A stretch of 32,493 bases of DNA. Source: a virus. Taxonomy: Duplodnaviria; Caudoviricetes. Location of the stretch: IMG/VR virus record IMGVR_UViG_3300049049_000088, positions 1-32,493 of that record. One strand, 5' to 3'. The notes beneath the pieces are model-generated. The model was not told the origin of the DNA, did not search any database, and saw only the letters and a program-made list of their open reading frames with translations. This document shows positions 1-10,479 of this stretch, piece by piece (within the stretch, counting starts at the first letter, position 1; each line of letters opens with the position of its first letter). A program made the position numbers and the translations under genes.

Positions 1-2
1 GC

Positions 3-2279
<2,277 letters not shown>

Positions 2280-2282
<3 letters not shown>

Positions 2283-2292
2283 AATCCGCGGC
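2280..2292 (+). promoter_or_regulatory. Putative tRNA promoter: -10 (TAGAAT) plus GC-rich discriminator
   Basis: TAGAAT at 2280-2285 overlaps the helicase stop codon and is followed by CCGCGGC, about 40 bp upstream of the tRNA. No clear -35. Confidence 0.5.
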
Positions 2293-2325
2293 TTCACCCA
2301 GTGACCACGGGTGCAGAAGAGTTCA

Positions 2326-2417
2326 GGAAAGGTGGCAGAGTGGTCGAATGCACCGGATTCGAAATCCGGCATACGGGTCCTCCCGTATCGGGGGTTCGAA
2401 TCCCCCCCTTTCCGCCA
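2326..2417 (+). tRNA. tRNA-Ser (anticodon CGA)
   Basis: Acceptor stem GGAAAGG/CCTTTCC, discriminator G plus encoded CCA, anticodon stem CCGGA/TCCGG with loop TTCGAAA, long variable arm ATACGGG-TCCT-CCCGTAT, T-loop GGTTCGAATCC. Confidence 0.97.
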
Positions 2418-2443
2418 GTGTGCGGGACTTTCCTCCAAAAAGG

Positions 2444-3415
2444 TCAGGCCCGCTTCCGTCCGATATTCGCAACCGCCTCGGCGAGTTTGCCCGCCGTGAG
2501 GTGCGAATATCGCTCGGTGCTCCGTGAATCACGGTGCCCGAGCACCTTCCCAACCACGAACAGGTCAACCCCTGCGTTGACCATCTCCGACGCGGCCGAG
2601 TGGCGCAAGTCGTGGAAGTGGAACTCTTGCAGCCCAACCCGTGCCCGCGCCCGCTCCCAGGCGCGCTGAATCGTGATCTTCGGGCTGGACAGCGGCAGCC
2701 GGTGCATCAGGTGCCGGATCTTGGGGTGTGCCGGGATGGCGCGCCTGTCGCCATTCTTGGTGTCGTGCAGCACCAGCAGATCGCCCTCGGGTTTCACCTT
2801 CAGCAGTTCGCCCAGGCGCATGCCGGTATAGAACGCCACCCTGATGGCGATCTGCGTTTCCCAGTGGTCGCACTTGCGGCAGGCTTGCAGCATCTGCTGG
2901 CGGGTCAGGTAGGTGTGGCGCTCGTTGCGCACGGTCGGCAGCACCATCTTGGCTGTCGGGTCGCTGGCGCACAGCCCGTGCCGCTTCCAGCCCCACCGGC
3001 AGGCGGCTTTCAGCAGGGATAGCCGGTTGCGGATCGTCGCATCGCTCAGCACCTTGCCTTTCCGCCGCCCATCGCGCGCCGCGGCTACTTCTCTGGCCAC
3101 GGCCGGCAACTCCGACAGCGGCTTGCCTTCATAGGCCCAGCGAATCTCGTTCAGGTGCTGCTCGGCAGACTTCAAACTCTTCAGGTGCTGCTTGTCCATG
3201 AGGTACAGCAGCACCGCCTTGTCGATCAGGTTGTCTGACTTTCCACCAGTCGCAACTTCGACGAGGCGGCCTGTTTCCCGCTGGTCGTATTCCTCGGCTT
3301 TTGCTTTAGTCCAGCCTTTTGGAAGTAGGCGGCTAAGTCGGTGTCGACGTCCCGCAATGAAACGGTCGAATTCGAAGCGCCAGCGCTTGTTTCGGGAGTC
3401 CCAGCGGATCGACAT
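2444..3415 (-). CDS. int: Tyrosine recombinase / phage integrase
   Basis: Catalytic motifs TGMRLGE (R), TKNG (K), HDLRH, LGH and TERY (Y); adjacent to the tRNA. Confidence 0.95.
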   Translation of the reverse strand: MSIRWDSRNKRWRFEFDRFIAGRRHRLSRLLPKGWTKAKAEEYDQRETGRLVEVATGGKSDNLIDKAVLLYLMDKQHLKSLKSAEQHLNEIRWAYEGKPLSELPAVAREVAAARDGRRKGKVLSDATIRNRLSLLKAACRWGWKRHGLCASDPTAKMVLPTVRNERHTYLTRQQMLQACRKCDHWETQIAIRVAFYTGMRLGELLKVKPEGDLLVLHDTKNGDRRAIPAHPKIRHLMHRLPLSSPKITIQRAWERARARVGLQEFHFHDLRHSAASEMVNAGVDLFVVGKVLGHRDSRSTERYSHLTAGKLAEAVANIGRKRA

Positions 3416-3561
3416 GAGTGGAGGTAGGTTTGAACGTCTGCGGGGTCGAAGCGTACAGCACGCCCGATCCGGTACCCGGCGAGGCGGCCGGCATGGAAGA
3501 GGTCATAGACCATGCGGGCGCTGACGCCCAGGAGCTTGGCCGCCTCTGCTGCGGAGATCAT
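3226..3561 (-). CDS. xis: Excisionase-like HTH protein, overlapping int by 190 nt
   Basis: MISAAEAAKLLGVSARMVYDLFHAGRLAGYRIGRAVRFDPADV is an HTH_17/excisionase pattern. ATG at 3561 is ATGA-coupled to the upstream gene, with a GGAGAGG RBS. Confidence 0.8.
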   Translation of the reverse strand: MISAAEAAKLLGVSARMVYDLFHAGRLAGYRIGRAVRFDPADVQTYLHSCRSAGTPETSAGASNSTVSLRDVDTDLAAYFQKAGLKQKPRNTTSGKQAASSKLRLVESQTT

Positions 3562-3845
3562 CGCCCCTCTCCCGATGGCTGGTTGTAGATGGCCGGTTCC
3601 GGGGCTGCGGCGGGCCCCGCGGGCAACGGCTGCCAGTGCGTCGGAGCCACATAGGGGAACAAGCTGTACCCAGCTTCCGCCGCGCACACGAGCCAGCCGA
3701 CGTTTTTCTCGTATCTCGCGGACATCACGCGCGGTGCGTCATCTGCCCAGTCATCACCCCATACGCCGCCACCAAGCAGGACCCAAGTCCCATCCTTCGG
3801 TGCAGTTTCGATAGGCTGCCATGCCCGCTCTGCCTCTTGCTTCAC
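3558..3845 (-). CDS. DUF551-like phage protein
   Basis: WQPIETAPKDG...PTHWQPLP motifs; GTGA start/stop overlap at 3842-3845 with an AAGGAG RBS. Confidence 0.8.
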   Translation of the reverse strand: MKQEAERAWQPIETAPKDGTWVLLGGGVWGDDWADDAPRVMSARYEKNVGWLVCAAEAGYSLFPYVAPTHWQPLPAGPAAAPEPAIYNQPSGEGR

Positions 3846-4015
3846 GGCGTCTCTCCTTGATCTGGTGCTGGGGATGGATGGGAGGGGGTGGCGGACTGCA
3901 TCGCTTTCGCATGCATTACGTCCCACACGTCTGGGTCACCCTTGAACAGGAACACCAGCGCGCAGATCAAGCCAACCAAGACAACCAGGCAGAGCGCTTC
4001 GCCAAGGTCTTGCAT
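3842..4015 (-). CDS. Small single-TM membrane protein (57 aa)
   Basis: MQDLGEALCLVVLVGLICALVFLFKGDPD; TGATG coupling at 4013-4017. Confidence 0.65.
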   Translation of the reverse strand: MQDLGEALCLVVLVGLICALVFLFKGDPDVWDVMHAKAMQSATPSHPSPAPDQGETP

Positions 4016-4446
4016 CACTGCTCCTTCCCTGCTGCCGCAGGCTGGGTGGGGGCTGGTGGCAGAGGCTGCCAGCCGCACAAGGCTGGCGCGCCGTGGCTGG
4101 TCCATATGTACGGGCCGAACTTGTCGCCGCCAGCATAGAAACCGCCGTGCGCGGCGAGCCACCAGGTGATCGCGAGGCTGCCGGTGCCGGTGACGCCGAG
4201 GAACTGTGCCCCATCCTTCGGCGCCGTCTCAATCGGCAGCCACGCTCCCCGCGCCTCATCCAGAGCTTTGGCTATGGCGGTGCGCAGGGCGGTGCGGGCG
4301 GCGTCATACCGTAGGCGCAAGCCGTGCAGCATGTCGCAGTCGGCCTGCGTCAGCACGTAGCCCGGGGCCTGCGCCCAGTTGAAGGCGACGTTTGCCAGTT
4401 CGGTGCCGGGCACCTGCCGCATCAGTTCGTCAAGGTGGTGGGTCAT
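4015..4446 (-). CDS. DUF551-like phage protein (second copy, with a different N-terminal module)
   Basis: MTHHLDEL...WLPIETAPKDG...GWQPLPPAP; AGGA RBS. Confidence 0.75.
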   Translation of the reverse strand: MTHHLDELMRQVPGTELANVAFNWAQAPGYVLTQADCDMLHGLRLRYDAARTALRTAIAKALDEARGAWLPIETAPKDGAQFLGVTGTGSLAITWWLAAHGGFYAGGDKFGPYIWTSHGAPALCGWQPLPPAPTQPAAAGKEQ

Positions 4447-4454
4447 GGGTGGTC

Positions 4455-4652
4455 CTAGATCCTGAACTCGGTGTAGTCGGCGAGCAGATTCCCGTCCTCG
4501 TCGAACTCGCTCATCATGGTCACCACAGCGATGCCGCTGTGCATGCCGTAGCTGCTGCCGTCGTCTGTGATGTCGAGTTCGGCCTTGTGCTTTGCCAGCA
4601 GTTCGGCCAAGTCGGCGCGGAATGAGGCTTCTCGTTCTGCGGCAGTTCGCAT
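4455..4652 (-). CDS. Hypothetical phage protein (65 aa)
   Basis: MRTAAEREASFRADLAELLAKH...; GGAGGGGG RBS; TGATG coupling. Confidence 0.6.
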   Translation of the reverse strand: MRTAAEREASFRADLAELLAKHKAELDITDDGSSYGMHSGIAVVTMMSEFDEDGNLLADYTEFRI

Positions 4653-4711
4653 CACACCCCCTCCCTGGCGTCGGTAAGAGCCGCAGCAGCGCGGACGGTC
4701 CTGTCATCCAT
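4652..4711 (-). CDS. 19-aa coupled minigene or gene remnant (MDDRTVRAAAALTDAREGV)
   Basis: AAGGAG RBS and ATG at 4711 overlapping the end of the upstream gene; its TGA overlaps the next ATG. Not in the ORF track. Confidence 0.4.
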   Translation of the reverse strand: MDDRTVRAAAALTDAREGV

Positions 4712-5360
4712 GCTCAAACTCCTTCACTCGGCAGCGGCGGGCCAGGTCAAGCAGCACGTCGCGGAACGGTTCCGGCGTGGCCTCGCGAATCCGCGTCTTG
4801 TCCTTGCCGCCGATCATCGCCATCCAGCCAATCCGGCGCGCCTTCTCATAGCCGTGCTTTGCCAGCGCCACCGGGTGGATGCGCTGGCCGCACGATCCCC
4901 ACTTCAGCGCAGGAAGCACAGCCGGGTCGGCGACCACGGCGTAGAGCCATGTCCCCTTGCGCGAGAAGTGGCCGTAGTGCCCCTGTTCCACGTAGCAGGT
5001 CCAGCCGTTGAAGTCGTCGGCTTGGACCCATCCGCCAGCGCGCGGCGGCTTGTTGATGCCGAAGTACGGCCACGCCTTGGAGTCGGCCGGATGCTCAAGA
5101 ACGCCGCCATAGTTGCGTACCGCGGTGAGCGCTGCGGCGAAGGCGCCACCGTCTTCCCCGACGCGGTACTGCTTGGGCTTGCTCGGTGCGCCGGTGGCGT
5201 ACTTGCCCCAGCGCTGGCAAGGCGAGTGGCAAACCACCGGGTGAGGGCCGGTGTAGCGCCTGGCGTCGCGGGCTTCGTCCCAGGGGTCTACCCCAGGCAG
5301 GCCCCAATAGGCGCCACCGTTCTCGACGAACAGCGCGGCGACTTGCGTGTCATCCATGCT
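4702..5360. repeat. 13-bp direct repeat TGTCATCCATGCT flanking the MTase-like gene
   Basis: Identical copies at 4702-4714 and 5348-5360. Confidence 0.85.
4704..5357 (-). CDS. C5 cytosine DNA methyltransferase-like phage protein (217 aa)
   Basis: MDDTQVAALFV... with HSPCQ (motif IV PC-like), VLEHP (motif VI ENV-like), QGHYGHFSRK (motif VIII-like) and a C-terminal REATPEPF. The CDS is secure; the function is inferred. Confidence 0.6.
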   Translation of the reverse strand: MDDTQVAALFVENGGAYWGLPGVDPWDEARDARRYTGPHPVVCHSPCQRWGKYATGAPSKPKQYRVGEDGGAFAAALTAVRNYGGVLEHPADSKAWPYFGINKPPRAGGWVQADDFNGWTCYVEQGHYGHFSRKGTWLYAVVADPAVLPALKWGSCGQRIHPVALAKHGYEKARRIGWMAMIGGKDKTRIREATPEPFRDVLLDLARRCRVKEFEHG

Positions 5361-5583
5361 GATCCCCTTCGGTCCTGATGGCGGCGGCGCGCAGCGACAG
5401 CACGTTTGCGCGGACCTGGGTGAGCGCCACTTCGGCGGCGAGCTGGGCGGCGGCACCTTGCAGCGCCTGCCAAAGCTGCACCTCTGCGGCCGACGCCGGG
5501 GCGCACCCGGAGCCGCCCTTGGCAGACCAGTCGATGACCCACACGGTGCCGCGCTTTTCGATGATGAAGGGCAGCTCAGCCAT
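5350..5583 (-). CDS. Hypothetical phage protein (77 aa)
   Basis: Coupled to both neighbours by 8-nt overlaps; AAGGAGG RBS. Confidence 0.6.
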   Translation of the reverse strand: MAELPFIIEKRGTVWVIDWSAKGGSGCAPASAAEVQLWQALQGAAAQLAAEVALTQVRANVLSLRAAAIRTEGDQHG

Positions 5584-5974
5584 TGCCGCCTCCTTCGCTG
5601 ACCACGCGGCGCGCTTGGCGCCAACCCTTCACCACCTCCAGCGCATGCTTGCGACGAAGGTAGCCGAACAGTAAACCCGGCGCCTCGTGGGCGTAGTGCT
5701 CAACATCGTTGCCGATGTCTTCCAGCATGTTCCCGTGCATCCAGCAGGAGCAGGGGACGTGGGCGACCACCCACTCACGGATCGCAAGGCAATGCGGGCA
5801 GGTCTTGCAGGTCTCGCCGCGGCCATCCCACACCGCAAAGACCGACTCGTAGCGCTCGCCTGGGTTGATCGTCCGGCCGCACTCGTAGCACTTGTGCGGT
5901 TGGCGAGCGGTGTGCTCGCTCTTGCGATAGATCGTGGCTTGATAGTCCGAGTCGCAGTAGCAGGCTGATGTCAC
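5576..5974 (-). CDS. Cys-rich putative Zn-binding phage protein
   Basis: ARQPHKCYECGRTINPGERY...KTCPHC (two CxxC pairs); GTGA coupling at 5971-5974. Confidence 0.75.
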   Translation of the reverse strand: MTSACYCDSDYQATIYRKSEHTARQPHKCYECGRTINPGERYESVFAVWDGRGETCKTCPHCLAIREWVVAHVPCSCWMHGNMLEDIGNDVEHYAHEAPGLLFGYLRRKHALEVVKGWRQARRVVSEGGGNG

Positions 5975-6990
5975 GACGCCCCCCCCTCGCTGCCGGCAGG
6001 GCGGATGCCGTGGGCGAATTCCACCTCGCGCACCAGCCAATACTTCCAGTCGTCGTAGATGGTGATTGGCTGACCGCACGGACCCTGCCGCCGCCCGTTG
6101 AACTTACGATTCGCCGTGTCAATGCAGTCTTCGATGCGGCTTTCGCTCAGCGGCACCAGCCCCTCCCCCGCTCCACGCTGGGGCTGCGGGGTGGCCTCGT
6201 GCTCTGCCTTGAACGCCGCTTCTTGCAAGTCGTCCACCAGGGCAATCAGACGCTTCACCTCTGCAACCGGGTCGCCTTCCTCTTCCATACCCAGCGCGGT
6301 CAGGATGAGGCTGTAGTTGTTGGCGTCTTCCTTGGCGACCTGCACGAGATCCGCCTGCCCTGCGGCTTGCTGGGGGGTGGCGAGGGAACCGGCGGCAACG
6401 CACCCACCGGCGGCGTCTTCGAGTGCTGCGATTTCCCTCCATTCGTCAGGCGAACGCTTGGGGTGCCGCGATCCCCCCGCCTCGGCTTGCGCTCCCCGCG
6501 CTGGGGGATGGGGTGCTGCGGCGAGGGCGGCGCGCCACGCAGCAGCCCAGGTTGCCGCGTCCTGCCTGTAAGCGTGGTCTGTCCAGCATGCCGCGCCCAT
6601 GTGCGCGTCGAATGCTTCCGACATGCCGGGGCACGAGCCTTCGTTGACAAGTGCGTGTACGCGCTCGGCCTTCCTCGCTGTCAGTTCGGCATACTTCGCG
6701 GTGAAGCGATCCCAAGCCTTCGCCACGGCTGGGTCTTCGAACTCCTGCCCCGCCGCTGGCTCATCGGGGTTGATGATGCAGGTCACGCCACCAGGGCCGC
6801 TGTCGATGGCAACTCGCACGGCTGGCTCATCGGTGGCGGGCTGGGCGCGCAGGACGGCGAGGGCTTCTCGTGCCGTCCCGACCGCCATTCCTGCGTAATA
6901 CGGAAAGTTCGTCTCAGGAAACGCGATGTGCTCACATGCGATCTTTTCCAGCGCCGCTTTCGCCTGCGCCAATTGCTCGTTGATGCTCAC
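5971..6990 (-). CDS. Mosaic, Ala/Pro-rich hypothetical phage early protein (339 aa)
   Basis: GTG start coupled to the upstream stop with a GGAG RBS; short modules separated by Ala/Pro linkers. Confidence 0.65.
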   Translation of the reverse strand: MSINEQLAQAKAALEKIACEHIAFPETNFPYYAGMAVGTAREALAVLRAQPATDEPAVRVAIDSGPGGVTCIINPDEPAAGQEFEDPAVAKAWDRFTAKYAELTARKAERVHALVNEGSCPGMSEAFDAHMGAACWTDHAYRQDAATWAAAWRAALAAAPHPPARGAQAEAGGSRHPKRSPDEWREIAALEDAAGGCVAAGSLATPQQAAGQADLVQVAKEDANNYSLILTALGMEEEGDPVAEVKRLIALVDDLQEAAFKAEHEATPQPQRGAGEGLVPLSESRIEDCIDTANRKFNGRRQGPCGQPITIYDDWKYWLVREVEFAHGIRPAGSEGGAS

Positions 6991-7259
6991 GTCTGGCTCC
7001 TGTTGGCTTCGTCGGCACGCCACTGCCGCACCTTGTTGATGAGGTAGCGTTCGTTTTCGATGCAAGGTTTGGCTGAGCCCCAGCGCCGGCCTTCAAGGAT
7101 GTCGAGGGCTTCGCTGTGCCCCAGTCCGCCACGCTGGGCAAGTCTTTCGAGCGTCTGGCCGTGGTTCGTCAGAGCCTGCGCTTCGTGCGGCACCAGCATG
7201 GCGAACGGAATCTCGTTCAGGAGCGTTGCGCCCATGATGGGCATGACAGTGCGGGTCAC
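6987..7259 (-). CDS. Conserved-looking hypothetical phage protein (90 aa)
   Basis: IPFAMLVPHEAQALTNHGQTLERLAQRGGL; GTGA coupling on both sides. Confidence 0.7.
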   Translation of the reverse strand: MTRTVMPIMGATLLNEIPFAMLVPHEAQALTNHGQTLERLAQRGGLGHSEALDILEGRRWGSAKPCIENERYLINKVRQWRADEANRSQT

Positions 7260-7269
7260 GTCTGGCTCC
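6987..7269. repeat. 14-bp direct repeat TCACGTCTGGCTCC flanking the 90-aa gene
   Basis: Identical copies at 6987-7000 and 7256-7269 (minus strand GGAGCCAGACGTGA = RBS plus GTGA). Confidence 0.9.
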
Positions 7270-7606
7270 CTTCGACGGGTGGGTGGGGGATGGCGGCGCG
7301 GGCTTGCCATGCATGCCAACAGGCGTCGTAAATGGCGGTGCCAGGTGGAGGCTTGCGATACCAGTCCGAAAACTCACGCTCGGCCCACGCCTCAAACGCC
7401 TCTCGCTCCCCCTGCGCTGGCGCTGCGGCTTCTGGCTCGCGGGAGAGGGTGGCGATCAACTCTTCGACAACGCCGAACTTCTTCACCAGCGCGTCGCGGA
7501 CGTCGAACGATTCTTCAGGCGCCAAGCGTGCCCCGAGTTCGGCGCAAATGTCGTTCAGCGCCTCTTTCGCCGCCTCCGCTGCGGCTCGCAGGGTGTCGTG
7601 GGTCAT
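7256..7606 (-). CDS. Hypothetical phage protein with an EREAFEAW...WHAWQARA module
   Basis: Motif common in lambdoid early proteins; ATGA coupling. Confidence 0.7.
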   Translation of the reverse strand: MTHDTLRAAAEAAKEALNDICAELGARLAPEESFDVRDALVKKFGVVEELIATLSREPEAAAPAQGEREAFEAWAEREFSDWYRKPPPGTAIYDACWHAWQARAAIPHPPVEGSQT

Positions 7607-8187
7607 TGCTGCGGCTCCTGTGCTTTCGCCCATGCATCGTTAATCTCAGCCATCCTGGCGGGGTCGCCGCCCTTGTCCGGGTGGTGCTCGCTGGCCAGAC
7701 GGCGGAAGGCAGCACGGCGCTCGTCAAGCGGTGCATCGCGCGCCACGCCCAGCACCTGCCACCAATCGCGCGCGGCGCTTGGCGCTGGCAGGGCGGTGAA
7801 GCCGGTGAAGGCCGCCTCTAGCATGTCGCCGGTGCCCCAGCGAGCGATGCCACGCAATGCGTCGATGGTCTTTGCCACGGCGCGCATGTTGTCTTCCACC
7901 TTCAGCCAGCGGTCGCAGGCGAAACACATCGCTCGGCCCTTGTGCTCGAAGTAGGCAGCAACGCCAGGGTCTTCAAGGCGCGGCGTGTTGGCGTACGGCT
8001 TGCCATCCAGGCGCAGTGGGATGTTTGTCGACAGGACAATGCTCCGCGCTCCAAGGCGGCCAATCTCGGCGAACAGTTCGTCCCGCGCGGTGCCAATGGT
8101 GACCTTGAAGTTCGATGCCTCGCGGCGCCAGCTTTCGGTGCGCTTCCGTCCGGCCGGCCATTGCAGCGGGTAGGCTGCGACGCTCAT
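7603..8187 (-). CDS. C-terminal J-domain (DnaJ-like) phage protein
   Basis: WWQVLGV...AFRRLASEHHPDKGG...MAEINDAW with an intact HPD; N-terminal AYPLQWP...DPGVAAYF...CDRW domain. Confidence 0.88.
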   Translation of the reverse strand: MSVAAYPLQWPAGRKRTESWRREASNFKVTIGTARDELFAEIGRLGARSIVLSTNIPLRLDGKPYANTPRLEDPGVAAYFEHKGRAMCFACDRWLKVEDNMRAVAKTIDALRGIARWGTGDMLEAAFTGFTALPAPSAARDWWQVLGVARDAPLDERRAAFRRLASEHHPDKGGDPARMAEINDAWAKAQEPQQ

Positions 8188-8414
8188 TGCTTCACTCCAT
8201 GCTTGGTAATGGCTTCCTGCGCGATCTGCGCCGGTAACATTCCGTTGTTCCACTGCCCATGAACACCGGCGATTCGCTCCAGCGCCTCGCTCAGCGCCAC
8301 GATGGCGTCGTGCTGGCGGCGTAGTTCGGCGGCGGCTTCCGTGTCATAGGCGCTCTCGGCGTACTTGACGAGGATGTCCGCCAACACCAGCGCCGTGGGC
8401 TTTGCATCAGCCAT
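8184..8414 (-). CDS. Hypothetical phage protein (76 aa)
   Basis: MADAKPTALVLAD...EAAAELRRQH; coupled on both sides; AGGAG RBS. Confidence 0.65.
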   Translation of the reverse strand: MADAKPTALVLADILVKYAESAYDTEAAAELRRQHDAIVALSEALERIAGVHGQWNNGMLPAQIAQEAITKHGVKQ

Positions 8415-8703
8415 GGGAGGCTCCTGTGGCGCGGGCGATGACTTCAGCCGCGTTTGTGACGGCGGCGTAGTCTTCGTCCATCGGCACGCGCGCCACGGCG
8501 TGCAAGGCAATCAGCGCCTTCAGCAACTCCGGCGCGGCGGCGATCAGGCGGGCGTTGGCCTCGGCCTCTTCGGGGTCGTCCGTTTCGAGGGCGGACAAGG
8601 GCAGGAGATAGCCACCAGCAGAGAACGACCAGCCGCTGACACCTGTCTCTTCGTCGTACCACTGGTTGGCCTCCCACGGCCCAGGCGTGTGCTTCGTGCT
8701 CAT
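8407..8703 (-). CDS. Hypothetical phage protein (HTPGPW...ANARLIAAAPEL family)
   Basis: MSTKHTPGPW...EANARLIAAAPELLKAL; AAGGAG RBS. Confidence 0.8.
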   Translation of the reverse strand: MSTKHTPGPWEANQWYDEETGVSGWSFSAGGYLLPLSALETDDPEEAEANARLIAAAPELLKALIALHAVARVPMDEDYAAVTNAAEVIARATGASHG

Positions 8704-9012
8704 GCGCTCTCTCCTTGCTCAGCGCGGGCGGCGAGCATGGCGTCGGCGAGTGCGTACACATCGCTCACGAGCAGGTCGGCCGTGGTGTTGCAGTAGCCCC
8801 AGCCAGACCGGCTGTTGCACTGGATGGGGCCGCCAGGGTTCGCCAGTAGGCCCTGCATCGCCTTCGCCGCAAAGTAGTCGCGCAGTGACATGCCGCCGAC
8901 AGACCTGAAACTGGTGAACTTCCCGCCGTCTCGGTTGTCGTGCGTCTCGCCGGTGTCAAGTTCCGGGAATGCCGGTCCGCCGTCGTTGATCGTGCTCATG
9001 CGCTCTCTCCTT
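8694..9012. repeat. 23-bp direct repeat TCGTGCTCATGCGCTCTCTCCTT flanking the GGPAFP gene
   Basis: Identical copies at 8694-8716 and 8990-9012. Confidence 0.95.
8700..8999 (-). CDS. Hypothetical phage protein (GGPAFP...GMSLRDYFAAKAM family)
   Basis: Characteristic motifs GGPAFP, GMSLRDYFAAKAMQG and YALADAMLAAR. Confidence 0.8.
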   Translation of the reverse strand: MSTINDGGPAFPELDTGETHDNRDGGKFTSFRSVGGMSLRDYFAAKAMQGLLANPGGPIQCNSRSGWGYCNTTADLLVSDVYALADAMLAARAEQGESA

Positions 9013-9778
9013 TGGTGTTGGTCAGTGCGGCTGGTTTCCCAGACCCGCCGCACGTCTCGCATGTTTGATAGCCGCCGCTGAATTGGCCGCCGACAGTCCC
9101 CTCCCCATGGCAGTCGGGGCACATCCCCTTGTCAATCCACTCTTGGCGCGTGGCGATGTAGTCGGCGAGGAAACGGCGGGCGGCCGCTTCGCCCGGCTTT
9201 CCACGCTTCGGCGCGGCCGGCTGCTTGTCGACGACTTTGGTGTTCATCGCTGAATCGATGGCGGCGCGGATGTCGCGGCTGACGGTACGGTGCAGGCCGC
9301 CGATGCGAAATGCCATGGCCAAGTACTCGCCGTCGTACCCATCCGGCGCAAGATCGACCGTTGCGCCGCGCGCTTGCAAGTAGTCCAGCCTCGCCGCATC
9401 CATCCTCAGCCGCTCCACTTCTGCCTCAAGCGGGGCGAGGGCTGTGAGGTAGCCTCGCATGAAACTGCTGAAGTCGGACAGCCATGACGACACCATCGAG
9501 CGCGTGAGGCAGCCGCCGGTCTCGTTCATGTACACAACGTCATGCGGCCGGTCGTTGCTGCCGTTGACCGGTCCGGAGCCATCCGAACCGTCTTCCATGC
9601 AGCCGTGGAAATAGGACAGGCGGATGAAGTCGTCGCGCGTCAGGTTCCAAGTGTTCGACCTGACCCAGGCGTCATGAGCCTCCTTCTCAACACCAGTGCG
9701 TGCGCTTTGATAGCCGCCGTTCTTGTCGATGAACGCACGAGGGTTGCGCGGCAGCGGCGGCAGTTCTGATGTGGTCAT
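8996..9778 (-). CDS. Mosaic phage protein with a C-terminal DnaJ-type zinc finger
   Basis: CPDCHGEG...CETCGGSG (two CxxCxGxG repeats); central DAARLDYL motif. Confidence 0.7.
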   Translation of the reverse strand: MTTSELPPLPRNPRAFIDKNGGYQSARTGVEKEAHDAWVRSNTWNLTRDDFIRLSYFHGCMEDGSDGSGPVNGSNDRPHDVVYMNETGGCLTRSMVSSWLSDFSSFMRGYLTALAPLEAEVERLRMDAARLDYLQARGATVDLAPDGYDGEYLAMAFRIGGLHRTVSRDIRAAIDSAMNTKVVDKQPAAPKRGKPGEAAARRFLADYIATRQEWIDKGMCPDCHGEGTVGGQFSGGYQTCETCGGSGKPAALTNTKGESA

Positions 9779-9787
9779 GTGGGGTCC

Positions 9788-10168
9788 TCAGGCTGGCTCA
9801 GTGAAGATCACGCCGCGCTCTGCCGCGAAGGCGTCGATCAGGTCGATCAGTTCGGCGAATTCGCGCTTCGTCATCTGGCTGGTGCTCTGGCCAAGCGCGA
9901 CAAAGCCGGTGCCGTCGAGGTTCGGGACGACGGCCATCTTTCGCAGGCCGGCCGAGAAAATGTGCTTCCAGTCGGCTGGCGCCAGCTTCTTGCCGTACCA
10001 CTCGACTTGTTGCGACACCTCGGTGAGCATTGCCCACAGGCGGGCGTTCTGCTCCAAGTTCCGGGTCGGCTCGCTGACGGTGACCACGTAGCCGCTCGGG
10101 GCATCAGCAACGGCAGCCATGGCGCGCTTGCGGGCGGTGGTATGGGCCAGGGTGAATACGGCTTTCAT
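9788..10168 (-). CDS. ninB: NinB/Orf-family recombination mediator
   Basis: RNLEQNARLWAML..VSQQVEWYG...WK..F...STSQMTKREFAELI..I.AFAAERGV. Confidence 0.88.
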   Translation of the reverse strand: MKAVFTLAHTTARKRAMAAVADAPSGYVVTVSEPTRNLEQNARLWAMLTEVSQQVEWYGKKLAPADWKHIFSAGLRKMAVVPNLDGTGFVALGQSTSQMTKREFAELIDLIDAFAAERGVIFTEPA

Positions 10169-10479
10169 GCGTAGCTCGCTTCGTCAAACACGCCGAGTTC
10201 CTGTTTCAGCGCAGCCAGCAACTCCATCTCACTGCCGTACCGCGCTACAAACGTGCGCTTCTGGTGGTGGATCGATGGGACATGCCGGCCGTCGCTCTTG
10301 TGGTGCTCGGGGCAGAGTGGGATCGTGAACAAGTGACCGAGCCGCCGACTGCCTTGCACGATGTGATGGACATTCGCCGGACTGGCGGCTCCGTCCTTCA
10401 GGCAGGCCAGGCAGTCGTGGCGGCCGACCCTGTCCATCCACTCGCGCTCCAGCTTGGTCGGCGTCTTGCTCGGTCCCAT
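10165..10479 (-). CDS. Ref-like (RecA-dependent) HNH-type nuclease
   Basis: CLAC...VHHI...GHLFTIPLCPEHH...SIH...F..RYGSEMELL, located between recT and ninB. Confidence 0.75.
   Translation of the reverse strand: MGPSKTPTKLEREWMDRVGRHDCLACLKDGAASPANVHHIVQGSRRLGHLFTIPLCPEHHKSDGRHVPSIHHQKRTFVARYGSEMELLAALKQELGVFDEASYA

Noticed and set aside
2429-2445. Hairpin between the tRNA and the int stop as a terminator
   Set aside because: Weak stem with a G-U pair and no convincing U-tract on the plus strand.
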